Assembly (NCBI GenBank): GCA_038087875.1
Contig: CM075980.1
Span: forward strand, 11,222,001-11,286,000
DNA from: Malacoraja senta
Lineage: Eukaryota
Reading direction: 5' to 3'
Length of the DNA: 64,000 bases
This document shows positions 51,549 through 64,000 of the stretch, in pieces. Below the pieces are notes generated by a model, which saw only the letters and a list, made by a program, of their open reading frames with translations, had not been told where the DNA came from and did no database searches. The position numbers and the translations under genes were made by a program. The stretch's first letter is position 1; every line of letters begins with the position of its first letter.

Positions 51549-52208
51549 TACAGAGCCCTAGTGAGATCACAGGTACACAAAAATGCTGGAGAAACTCAGC
51601 GGGTGCAGCAGCATCTATGGAGCGAAGGAAATAGGTAACGTTTCGGGCCGAAACCTTTCTTCAGACCTAGTGAGATCACACCTGGAGTTTTGGTCCCCTA
51701 ATTTGACGAAGGACATTCTTGCTATTGAGGGAGTGCAGCGTATGTTTACAAGGTTAATTCCCGGGATGGCGGGATTGTCATATGCTGAGAGAATGAAGCA
51801 GCTGGGCTTGTACACTCTGGAGTTTAGAAGGATGAGAGGGAATCTTATTGAAACATATAAGATTGTTAAGGGTTTGGACACGCTGGAGGCAGGAAACATG
51901 CTCCCGATGTTGGGGGAGTCCAGAACCAGGGGCCACTGTTTAAGAATAAGGGGTAAGCCATTTAGAACGGAGACGATGGAAACACTTTTTCTCACAGTGG
52001 AATTCTCTGCCTCAGAGGGCAGTGGAGGCAGGTTCTCTGGATGCTTTCAGGAGAGAGCTGGATCGGGCTCTTAAAGATAGCGGAGTCAGGGGATATGGGG
52101 GAAAAGGCAGGAACGGGGTACTGATTGGGGATGATCAGCCATGATCACATTGAATGGTGGTGCTGGCTCGAAGGGCCGAATGGCCTACTCCTGCACCTAT
52201 TGTCTATT
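51549..52208 (+). mobile_element. CR1 LINE 3' fragment interrupted by a 94-bp insertion
   Basis: LVRSHLE...EGVQRMFTRLIPGM...LGLYTLEFRRMRG in ORF 51583..52074. Confidence 0.88.
51572..51665 (-). mobile_element. 94-bp Penelope-like 3'-end insertion with a complete CTGAAGA...GAAAC hammerhead core
   Basis: TSD CCTAGTGAGATCACA at 51557-71 and 51666-80. Confidence 0.8.
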
Positions 52209-52701
52209 CTCTTTGGCACCGTTCTTAGTTTTTCAAAGTTTTTCAAAGCAAAGTTTTTCACTGTATGTTAGTACACAGTACAATAATACACCAATACCAA
52301 CATGCACAGAGCCAACATCACATTTTAAAAACAGAAAAAAAGACAACTGTGACAACCCTCTTCTTTTTTGCTGGGAGGACTCTTGCAGAGGAAAAACACC
52401 AGAATCTCAGTTTGCCTTCAGACCATCAAAGCGCATCACTGACTAGATTTTTGCAACTAGGCAAATCCAGCAAGAATACCCAGAATAACGCCTAGAGCTG
52501 TTTGCTGATGGCGTTTGCTGATTTGCCCACAGCTTTTGACTCTTTCATTTGATAGGTTCTATGAAAATTAATGTCAAAGCTTGACTGCCTAAATAATTGT
52601 AGTTTTAAAACTCCTCCATGAACAAATGACAGCTGCCACATAATGGATTCATCTCAAAACCCTTTGCCATCCAAACTAGGGCAAAACAGGTTTTTGTTCT
52701 G

Positions 52702-52996
52702 GTTTAGACTTTAGAGATACAATTTAGAAACAGGCCCTTCGGACCATCAAGTCCACGCCGGCCAGTGATCATCCTGTACGCTAACACTATCCTACACACT
52801 AGGCTCAATTTTTTTCTGAAGCCAATTAAGCTCCAAATCTGTACGCCTTTGGAGTGTGGGAGAAAACCGGAGCACCTGGAGAAATCCCACACGGGCATAG
52901 GAAGAATGTACAAACTCTGTACAGACAGCACCCGTAGTCAGGATAGAACCTGGGTCTCTGGCGCTGTAAGGCAACAACTCTACCACAGCGCCACTG
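52702..52996 (-). mobile_element. HE1-type SINE
   Basis: Same A/B box head, body and tail. Confidence 0.8.
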
Positions 52997-53546
52997 TATC
53001 TTCTTCATTTTTCTGGCAGTGATGGAGATGGTAATCCAAATTCATTGGACATTAGCATTGTGCTGGGGCTAGTCACACTTAACTGCTCGTGGCCCCGTAA
53101 CAGAACTAAATTAACGACAATAATCAAATGCCAGATGATTGTGCTATAGTTGTACAGTATCATGAGGACATACAAACAGGCCTTAACTGCAGAGCGTTAC
53201 AAAAAGCCTGGAGCTAATTCTAAATTCATATTAAACAAAAAGGACTCCAGGACCAGCCAGCTCCCTGTTATCTTAATGCAGACATTTTCCTTCTGCGCTA
53301 TTCATCTGAAGGGTTTCCACCTGAAATGTCAGTCCATTTCACCCCACCCCACATTTCGTGCCTGACCCACTGAATTCCTCCAGCAGTCTGTTTTCACTCA
53401 AGATTCCAGCATTAGTTTTTTGTGCCTTCCTATTATTCATTATTCCCAGCTAAAAACCTAAACAGATAATACATGACCATTTGATTCCTCAAGGGAACAT
53501 TTCCAGGGTTTATCTTGCCTTAGCCACCTTGCTTTTTTTTCTTTGG

Positions 53547-53845
53547 AACAGTGGCAAGGTGGCAGAGCAGCTGCCCCACAGTGCCAGACACCCGTGTTCG
53601 ATCGTGACTTTGGGTGCTATTTGTGTGGAGTTTGCATGTTCTTCCTGTGACCATGTGGGTTTCTTCTGGGTGTTCCTGGCCCCTCCCACACCCAAATAGG
53701 TGCGGGTTTGCATGGCAATTTGCCTTGGAAATTGCCATTAATGTGCAAGGAGTGGATGCGAAAGGGGAATAACAACCAATGGGAACAGGTGATTGATAGC
53801 CGACATGGACTTGGTGGGTTGTAGGGCCTGTTTCCATGCTGTATT
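53547..53845 (+). mobile_element. HE1-type SINE, older
   Basis: GTTCGATC B box; tail AGGGCCTGTTTCCATGCTGTAT. Confidence 0.7.
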
Positions 53846-55311
53846 TTAAAATAAAATAAAGGCCCCATAGCAGAAGCGTCCACGTCGCGGGGCTGGAAAC
53901 TGGAAGTATCCTGAGCTAATTCTGCTACCACCATCATCTATTGCAACAAGTGGTGGCTCTCACTGATTGTCGTCGGAAGCTTCCACCCTTTTCAGGATGG
54001 ACGATGACAGCAATGTCAACATTTGAAACATGGAAACGAAAGAAGAATAAAATAAAGAAAGTCATATGCCTGCCTAAAAGGGAAGGATGTAACTCATCAT
54101 AATGCATCTGCATTATGATTTTGAGCATAATGCATCTGTATTATGAGCTGGCATTTTGCTGATCATGATTTTAAATTTTCAGAGAACTGTTTCTACAATA
54201 GAAATTAATCATGATTTGGCAAAGTTTGGACACTTCCTCGAAAATCCACCACTTCATGTTAGCCAATGAACTGCTTTGACCCAGGCCACCCAAAACTCAG
54301 TTAATTTTAAAGAAAATAAAACTGGGAGAGGACATTTCTTGAAGGTTTTTCTTCCTACATTCTGTGAACGTTGCCCATTAGAAGCAGAATAAGTGCCCAT
54401 GTAGCCTGTAGCCTAAAATTAAAAAAGGCTGGAAATACACGGCATGTCAGGCCTCCATCATTAAGTGCTTTGAGAGGCTGGTCATAGTTTGCAGATGGTC
54501 TTGATCCTCCAAAATTTAACTTTCTGATCCATAGACCACAATCAGTGAGGATGTGTGACAAAACATCCTCAATGATCTTTTTCAATGTTTCAGGTCGAAG
54601 TTCTTTTGCCAAAACTGGAAGGTGGAAAAAGATACTTGCTAACTTGTTGGGTGATTGGAGGTGGGAAGGTTTTTTCCTTTAGGACACAATAGGTGTGACA
54701 ATGGGATAATTGTTTCGCTGTTTCTCTTCCCACAGAGCATATGTTCTCACTCTGTATCTGCTCCCACTAATTGCTGATCAGATAGCCTTGTTTACAGCTT
54801 ATCCAACCGTCACCCAAGCTTTACACTCAGAGACTCCTCCCACTCTCCCGGCAGCTTAACAAGCTTCTTTTCTCTCCCAGAACTGACAAAGGGTCCCCAG
54901 CTGGAAACGCGGCTATTTTCCTTCCCACAGACCTAGCCTGACCTCTTCAGTATTTCCAGCATTTTCGGTTTAAATTTAAAGATTTCCAGCATCTGCAGTT
55001 TTTTTTAATTTTCATTCACTAATCTCATAGTAATCATTTATGGAAGAAAGTCACAAATTAAATATGAAAGCTAACAAGGGTTGGAATTTATTGAGAAAAA
55101 AACTGTCCTCTTCCTTCCGTCCCCCTCCCCCAGAACAGAACATCAATTTGTATTCAGACATTCTGTGCCGCAGCCAAGTACCAAATACCATTTAGAAGCG
55201 AGGCCAATAATAGTAGTAACTTGGATTACATATCAGTTGAGACCCAATTCTCTTACAGAACAGGCTCAGACAGTCAGGGTTGGGTGATGATTGGCATAAC
55301 AAGTTGTTATA

Positions 55312-55532
55312 TGGACAAAAAGGTAGAGTAACTCAGCGGGTCAGACTGCATCTCTGGGGAAAAGGAATAGGTGACGTTTTGGGTCAAGTCCCTTCTTTAG
55401 ACTGAATCAGTCTTCAGAGTCTGAAGACCCGAAACATCACCTATTCCTTTCTCCAGAGATCCTGTCTGACCCGCTGAGTTACTCCAGCTTTTGTGTCCAT
55501 CTCAGTTTAAACCAACATCTGCAGTTCCTTCC
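55312..55532. repeat. Head-to-head inverted pair of Penelope-like terminal repeats
   Basis: GAGTAACTCAGCGGGTCAGAC...AAGGAATAGGTGA is mirrored by TCACCTATTCCTT...GTCTGACCCGCTGAGTTACTC. Confidence 0.8.
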
Positions 55533-58500
55533 TTCGCAAGTAATATACTGTATGGAATTTACATCCAAATACTTGATAAGGAGGTTGAAAGGAAAAGTAA
55601 AATGATCTCTGAAAAGAAAGAAAAGTGTCACAATGATTCAAAGCTATTTACCTTGTTGGGGAGATGTGGGGAGAGAAGTGCAGAAGAGGGGGTTTCCCCT
55701 GGGAGTGGACAAGTGAAGTCTAGACAACGGTTAAAAACTGGAACAGTGATTTTTTAAATATGATTATGCCTCACTTGCAGAATCAGCAGCATTCATTGGC
55801 CCATTGCTCACATTGATACAGACTTTCACTCTGATACCATGGAGTTGTCATGGACACAAATTATTCATTCTTACACCGGCAAGCAGTAGGGATCTGTCCT
55901 CGTCAACAACTTGCATCAGACATATGCTCCACAGTAAATGAGGAAAAAGGCAGACAATGCTAATCCTTTATACTGGGATTGTGCTGCTGATTCCTGGTGG
56001 ACTAGGGCTATTAGAGAGACAAAGCCTGCCAGATCCATTTCAGCTTAGTACAAACATTAAAATAACGCTTTTATTTACAGAGCAAAATAAATGGGGTGGG
56101 CAAAAGTGTGGTCAGAGCAATGGACTGGGAAAACGTAACAGCTGAAATGTGCACCTCTGACCTGCCATCTCTTTGTGTAGACAGTTTTCGCCACCTTAGT
56201 TACATTGGACTGAATGTTTGAAAGTATGTTTTTTATCTCTGGATCAATATTGAAGGCTTGTGTTCTCCTCAAGAGATCCTGATCTCGCAGGCCACAGTGT
56301 GTACTTTCTGTTGTATGACCTTAGGATCCTTCTTGAAGATGAATGGTACGTTTTCAGTTTTACAACCTGGCAGCTCTCGACTTTGATACAAAATTGGCCA
56401 TAATGCTGTGATATTATTCCATCCTATTTAAAAGCATAAAATCTTAATTTTGTTTACTGTATACACTAATTACATTGCAATCTACAAAAATCCTGGGATT
56501 ACCATTAAAAATTGTCCAGATCATGCAATTTTAATCAACTGGCAGAATAAAGATATTATTGATCAAATCCTCTATAAATTGCAATTTAAACAAACATATC
56601 CTATGCATCTGATTATCCCAAAGTCAAATGACTTCACTGTTTGCTCAAAAGGAAAAATAAAACCGGCTGCTCATATTAGCTGAGGTCAGCTAATTAGTAA
56701 ACTGGATCCAGGAATACAATGGATGGGAATAAGCTAGAAAATACAGAATACAAAATATTGACACCATTTTGTTTTTTGTCCTATATTTTACAGTTGCACA
56801 CATGTATTCAAGTTGCACATATAATACACACAAACACTCAAGAATGAAGGACGCCGCAGAAAATGGTGGACATTGCCTGGTTCATCAGAAGTACCAACTC
56901 CCCACTATTGAAGGCATCTCTACAGGAAGAGCTGCCTCAAGGTGGTAGCTACTATTAAATACCCCTACCACCCTGGCCAACACCAAACTATTACAGATCT
57001 TGCACTATGTAGCTTAGCTTGCACTATCGTGGTCTGGTTTACCAAGAGTAACTGAACAATTTAGTGTTTATTGCTTGTTGCATTTATTGTGCCTGTAAAG
57101 TAGCAGCAATTAAAGAATTTCATTGTTCTGGACCCAGTCCTGTGACAATTAAACACTCTTGACATTGCAAAGGCAAGAGCTGGAACGACTTACTCTCTAT
57201 TGATCTGAAGGGACACCGTGTAAATAGTACAAGATATTTAGATTTACTAGCACCACTCAAATATACAAGTCAGTGGCAACTGTGATCAAACATAACATCA
57301 GCTCTGGTTGCCAAGACACAGAAATGTTCCAGTAACAGAGGAGGTGCCGAGAAGCCAATCCTCATTGTGACAGGTCAGACCTGGGGAATGACAATAGATT
57401 TTTGTCCTGAAAATAAGAGCTCCAACGCTGCCAATGATGAATACAACTACGGAAGTGAAGAGGGCAAATCCAGCCCACATCCTTAAATAGCAAAACAAAA
57501 TGAGAAGAGTAAACACATATTCAAACTAGTAAAAGGTACATTTAAGGCTCAACAAGATCTTTTTTTAACAAAGCATGAGTAACACATCAATCAGAATGAT
57601 AGTAAAATAAAATTATTTTGTCAGTTGAGAAAAATAATTAGAACATGGCAAAGGAACGTCGGAATTTTCTGAATGAACCAAGATCAAAAAAATTGCTCTC
57701 CTCTTTCACAATTCTTTGACATTTTCTTCAGTCACCCTCTAATTTCAGCTTGATGTTCCTCTTTCAGTTAGATGGCCCAGAATACAACACCACAATGAAG
57801 ATACTGTACAACATAACCTGCACAGGGGAGTATGACCAGATTATATAACCATACTATGATTATATGATCATAAGATCATTGTATGACCACTCTAACAGCA
57901 GGGTCAAATCTAGGTTGAGATATTTGCACTTATCTCCATATAGACAATCTGTGAGAGACAACCTGGCTGAACAATTTCTAATCTTGTGACGTGGACTCGA
58001 TAAGAAGAAGCTGACAGCATACTTGCCTCCAGAATCAAAGAGTTTGTGGCTCAAGTTCCACTTCAGAAATATTAGCACAAAAACCCAGGGTGACATTATA
58101 GTGCAGTCGAGAGAGGTCCAACGAGGTGGTGCCACCTTTTGCTTAGATTTTCTATGTAAGAACTCACCTGCCATCCTGGGTGTACACAGATAATCATAGA
58201 CAGCATGAGATCAAAGAACAAGCGTTCTCCCCGGAGCTATCGCTAATAAATCATCTTTATAAAAATAATAATGTTTTGAACATTATTACTGCTACTTGTG
58301 GGAGCTGGCTACATGCCACATGCAGGTTATATAATCAAATACATCATTGGCTTTATAGTTCTTTGAAAGTAACTGATGGTTCGATTATAAATGTTTTTCA
58401 TTTTTATCTGACACTTTTTCTTTAAAAAAAAATATTTATTTACTAATCCAAACAATCAGTGCATTCCTGAAGAGGGAGGACAAATGTAAAAGTTAGAGAG

Positions 58501-59046
58501 TCATCTGGATGCTGGCTGGCGTCAGCAGAATGAACCCCTTAATGGAGACTTAACTTCCTGTCACTGAACAAGTGTGGTTTTCACCAACGGATGTCTACAA
58601 CAGGGAGTGCCTTTGAAGCCATTGTGGAAAGTTAGAGTGAAGTGCGTTAACAGCAAGTGTTGAAATATTTTATTTTAAACAACCACATCAAAATGTTCTT
58701 CATTCACAATTCAGAAAAAAAGTGAGCGAGCTAATAATAATTCTAATTCCACCTACTGAATTATTGCATTTTGCCAACTCAAACAAAAGAGCTCAAAAGA
58801 GAAAAACTGTTTGGTCAAAAATCTAGTAATCCTGCTCTCCCCCCACCCCCTTCTTTCAGTCTGAAGAAGGGCCTCGACCCAAAATGTCACCTATTCCTTC
58901 ACTCCATAAATGCTGTCTCACTCTCACCCGCTGAGTTTCTCCAGCATTTTTGTCTACCATTGATTTTTCCAGCATCTGCAGTTCTTTCTTAAACATATTG
59001 ATACAAATTAGTCTTTTCCATGATCACCTGGGCTTTTACAGATTGT

Positions 59047-59532
59047 CAAGTCAAGTCACATTTATTTATATAGCACATTTAAAAAAACAACTCTCGTTGG
59101 CCAAAGTGCTTTACATTTGTTATAACAATAGCACAACAAAACAAACTACATACATATATACATGTAGCCCTCACTCAGAGGACGTCAGGAAAGGCTTGGG
59201 AGTATAGATAAGTCTTTAGTCTTGACTTAAAAGAGTCGATGGAGGGGGCGGCTCTGATGGGAAAGGGGATGCTGTTCCACAGTCTAGGGGCTGCAACCGC
59301 AAAGGCGCGGTCGCCCCTGAGCTTATGCCTAGACTGTGGGATATTCAGCAACCCCAAGTCGGCCGATCTGAGGGGCCTGGAGTTGGAGTGGTGGGTGAGA
59401 AGACTTTTTACGTAGGTGGGGGCAAGCCCATTGAGGGCTTTGTAGACATGGAGGAGGATCTTGAAGTTTATACGGAACCGCACAGGGAGCCAGTGGAGAG
59501 AGGCAGTGGAGTGGAGCCAGTGGAGAGAGTGG
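59047..59532 (-). mobile_element. L2-clade LINE 3' end, young, with a 7-bp TSD
   Basis: Open frame LHWLPVRFRINFKILL...DRAFAVAAPRLWNSIP...FKSRLKTYLY; 3' tail AATAAA...(GACTT)n; TSD AGATTGT at 59040-46 and 59533-39. Confidence 0.9.
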
Positions 59533-62089
59533 AGATTGTACAGTGGGCAACATATGTAAGACCAGAAGGCCAACGTGCAATTGTCTTACATACATTTTTA
59601 TCTGTCAAGCAAATTGAGCAAATACTTATTTTGTGTCAACTGTTCCTACCAGTGTAACTCCCCGACTGCATGGCTGAAATATGACACTATTAAACTACAA
59701 ATTTATCATTATGGGGATTAATGCCAGACCAGCCATCTCAACAAAGTCAATTTTAAATACTTCTCTCTGCCCTCAATCAGTCCATCATTATCTGGTTTGC
59801 AAGTCAGTTGGCAGTGATTTTTAACCCAATTCTAGTTTTGAACTTAGAATCCAAGATGATGTGGAGAGAGCAGCATTGCCACCTTACAAATGAGTCCCTT
59901 TTTGCCACATCAGGTGGATGCAAAAAAACTATGGCACAGTTTTAAAACAATGTTTGGACGTTCTTCTGAACATCCAGGATATTACTTACTCCTCCAATAT
60001 AAAAAATAATCACTTTTTTTCCCCATTGCTATTTGTAGGACTTTCCTGCAGACAATCTGACTACTACATTTCCTATATTACCAGAAGAATTGTCTTAGTA
60101 CCACTTTCCGTAAAATGCTTTAGCATATTGAAATGAAATGAAAGATGCTTACTTCCCTAAATTATTACTTCCCCATTTTCCCCATTTTTGAACACAAAAA
60201 ATTTGTTGTGACGCACAAAGATGCATAAACGAGGCAATTCTAAATTGCTTACAGTTTTTTATAAATGCTTTAAATATTATCATGGAGAAAACTAGTACAC
60301 AGGTTAGAATTTACATTTATTATTTATGCACAAAAACCCCTTGTGCATTGGTTGTGAAGATCAATAATGGACTGATGATCAGAATACAAGGTAGGGTTGG
60401 GGAAAATACCTGATCAAAGAATAGGCAGCAATAGTTTAAAACAAATCCTTTCTTATCTTGTGTATATGCATTCAGTCTGTACAGACTAAACAAAAGTAGG
60501 AATTCAAATAAAATATCCCTACTACCTTTGCTTCAATATCACTCCTACCCGTTGGCAAGCCACTTGTGGCAACAACATCTTGTTGATAACTAGAGCTGCA
60601 AATTAAAGTTTAACAAAGACAACATTCTCAGCACAAGTACAGCCAATCTATTTCTGCCAGTATTATAAACACTCAATTCATTTGTTATTTTTATGAACGT
60701 TGAACATACGAAGGTTCACTTTCCAAGAAGCAAACAAGTGCACACAACAGACATCCTTTCAATGAACTCAGGGGTCAGTCCAGGTACTTTCCATCAGTTC
60801 CTCCAGTTGGGAGAAAAAAAGATTTAAGTCACAATAGTTATGTCTCTATACCAAATTACTGTCCAAACAGAACAAAAAGTTCTCAAATTACAACTCAAAT
60901 TTTAATGGTACAAATCTTTGTGAACAAGATTAGATCTGACCACTATTAATAGCTGTCAGCTTTCCTACATCATCTTGATAATCAAATAGTAAACACATGA
61001 TAGCCTTCACAAAACTATTCTACTCTTAGTTTGGAACAACTTAGATGTACCAGATCATTCTTCAACGTAGAGGCAAACAAAGACAATTGCTGAGAGTAAA
61101 GGGGACAAATAATGCAGGCAACACTTTAAGCTAACAAATTAGTCAAAGTCATTCTGCTGTCCATTTCCTGCCCGTTGTCCAAAGCAAGAATGCCACAGGA
61201 AATGATCTCATTAAAGCGAAACCATAACCTGATTATAACCAAATTAAGGCTGCCAATACCTTGCAGATAAGGTATGATGGTTTATTCCTGTGAATGGTAA
61301 ATTACCACACCTAACACTACTGAAACCAATTGCTTCTAAAATTATTGTCAAATCAAAGATGATCACCATAACGGCCATAAAATTATGAACAAGTGAATAG
61401 AAGATCATTGATCAGATAGCAATCCTCAGTATAGACTGAACAGAGGGAAAAACCCTCAAAAACTGATGCAACATGCTCATCTGGGTTCTCCCCATAACTA
61501 AAAGTCTCTCTCGTACAAACGTTACAAAGAACATTGCATTACTATTGAAAGTTGGTTTCACCTTTCTTTATTTTTAACAATATTAAAAGTTTCAACGAAT
61601 GTTCATGCTTTCATCAGGCGCTGGGAAAGTGCTTAGGAAATCCCAGCATAATAACAGGAAGGTCAGGCTTAGCTGACTTGTCAGAGTCCAGTATGTGGAA
61701 CGCAATCTTAAACTTAGAGCTAATCTGCTCAGTGGTGAAGTCAATAACAACTTCCTCACAGCAATGGCGATGGAAATCTGAAAATCTCAGCCCCCCCCAT
61801 TCCCCCCCCCCAAAATTGGGGGAATCAAGGTCATAATCAAATTAACTATTTTGATTAGGTTAGCCAGATGTATTAATGCTTATAGAACCAAAGCATTTAG
61901 ATGAAGATTAGGCATGGGGGGGGGGGGCAGGATATAACCAAATTACAGAATAAACCAGAAGACAATGAATAGTTTTCTCTTGCTCTCACATTCATGTACC
62001 ATAAGTATTGGCCAGTAAAATACAGCACATCAATGAAGGGTCATATGTTGTTGACTCTTCAATGATATGGCACACAGATCTCCAGATGC

Positions 62090-62630
62090 TTAGCATAGAG
62101 TTTAATTCAGATAAAAGTGAGGTGCTGCATTTTGGCAAGACTTGAACAGTAAATGATGGGGCTCTGGGGAGTGTTGTAGACCAGAGAGACCTAGGGATGC
62201 AGGTACATAGTTCCATAAAAGTGGCAACAAGTAGACAGGGTGGTGAAGGCGGCATCGGCTTGATGTATTAAGTACAAGAACTGGGATTTCATGTTATGGC
62301 TATCCAAGATGGACAGGAAAGGTTTAAAGAATATAGATCAAATATGGGCAAATAATACCTTAGATGGGCATTTTGGGCAGCATGGACAAGTTGGATTTAA
62401 AAGGGACCTTCGGGCTTTTTTTTCCTTAGAGGGTGCTACACAAATGGAATGAGCTCCCAAAGGAAGTAGCAGAGGTAGGTACAGTTATGGCATTTAAAAG
62501 ACACTTTGATACATCCATGGATAGGAAATATTTGGAAGGATATGGGTCAGGCACAGACATGTGGGATGACTCAGATTAGGCAACTTGGTTGGCCAAGTTG
62601 GCCCAAAGGGCCTGTGTACATGATATAACT
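62090..62630 (+). mobile_element. Rearranged CR1 fragments
   Basis: KSEVLHFG-like segment and two CR1 3' tails. Confidence 0.6.
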
Positions 62631-63833
62631 ATGTTAAATGAGAATGGATTTAAAATACAGTTGGTTGTATTTCCAGGGAAAGAGTTCAATGGCAATAATT
62701 GTGATAAAAGCTAGAAATGGGCTAAAAGTTATATATGATTTTTAACTGCACTGTTTGCTTGAAAAAGCCAAAATTGAACTGATAGTTTCTTCAACATTCA
62801 TAATCTTCCACATAAGACCAAAGGGTAGAAAGAATTTTCAACCCATCCTTAGATTTTTTTGCTCAGTGTACATCTCTCAATAATTTGTCAATGTTTCTGA
62901 ATTTATTTGCCTCTTGAATTGCTCTGAAACCAAGGCTTTAATAAGCTTCAATGTTGTTTGCCAAATATCCATTACTAATGAAGCTCTGTCACATGAAGTT
63001 AATGACTCCATCAATGCTTTTGCATTTCAACCTGTTGTTAATCTTACTGCCTCACGACAAGGCTCTTTACAACACAGTAATGGAATTAAGAACAAATGGA
63101 CATTTGGGATTGGATGTACAACACTCAAAGTCTGACCTCTCATTAATGTATCCAATCTCCCCCAAAAAGTTGTCATCACAAGGTAAACACAAGCGCGCAT
63201 TAATTAACAGCAACATTTTCTTAACACTTCAAGTTGGAGAGTTGTGGGTTGGTGGTTCATGATCAGTTCACAATTTTGACTGATACGTCTGACGTGTGAC
63301 ACGGTCCAGGAAAACACAGGGCTGAATGTGATCTAAAAAATCCAGCCTTCAAACAAAGCTGTGGAGATAAACCTTCAAGTATTTCTCAAGAGATAACCAC
63401 GTCTACTGTTTTGTCCACATTTCTTAAATCACGTCTTAAAGGAGGAATGAGATTTGATTCTAAATAGTGCGTATTTTTGCACCATTTTAATCTGTGCCAG
63501 TTATCACAAACTTCTTTTTTTCCCCCGTAGCAGAAACAATGAATATACATTAAAAAAAAATAGTTTTGCTTTCATGTGGAATTGATACTATCAGAAACAC
63601 AATAATTGTTACATCTATGGATTTCATTGGTGCTCTCTGCAAAGAATTCCAACTTTCCGAGGCAATGATAATATGACTCACATAATCCCTTTATGACCTG
63701 AGCTATGGATTCCAGTTATCAAGTTGGCAGTCCACTCCATTGTACATTCAAATGACCATCCCCTTTAAGACGATAGTTGAACGAAGGTTAACCGCATTAG
63801 TCTATAAATTGGCCTGCGTGGGAACTGCACTCA

Positions 63834-63989
<156 letters not shown>

Positions 63990-64000
63990 TTAAAATTCAC

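Overview
Vertebrate genomic DNA, almost certainly a cartilaginous fish and probably a skate (inferred from HE1-type SINEs and HER1/CR1 LINEs). Two spliced genes lie on the minus strand. TOP3B coding exons 1-11 span 19976 to 419 (1351 nt, 450 codons plus 1 nt, including the TOPRIM region and the catalytic GYISYPRTET motif) and the gene continues off the left edge. RAB35 exons 3-6 span 63958 to the stop at 32078, with exons 1-2 off the right edge. All splice junctions are GT-AG and phase-compatible. The rest is intron or intergenic DNA dense in retroelements (CR1, Rex1/Babar, L2, HE1 SINE, DeuSINE-like, Penelope-like fragments), plus a decayed DD34E Tc1 element and a 1.9-kb TIR element with a 6-bp TSD. 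Most notable: (1) young 84-94 bp insertions carrying a minimal hammerhead-ribozyme core, each with a 10-15 bp TSD; (2) a perfect 77-bp palindrome made by inverted duplication in a TOP3B intron; (3) an orphan promoter and first-exon-like region at 22.8-23.9 kb; (4) a direct repeat bracketing the TOP3B promoter and first exon; (5) RAB35-TOP3B adjacency. Repeat family names and human comparisons come from recalled sequence, not database searches, and repeat boundaries are approximate unless a TSD is given.
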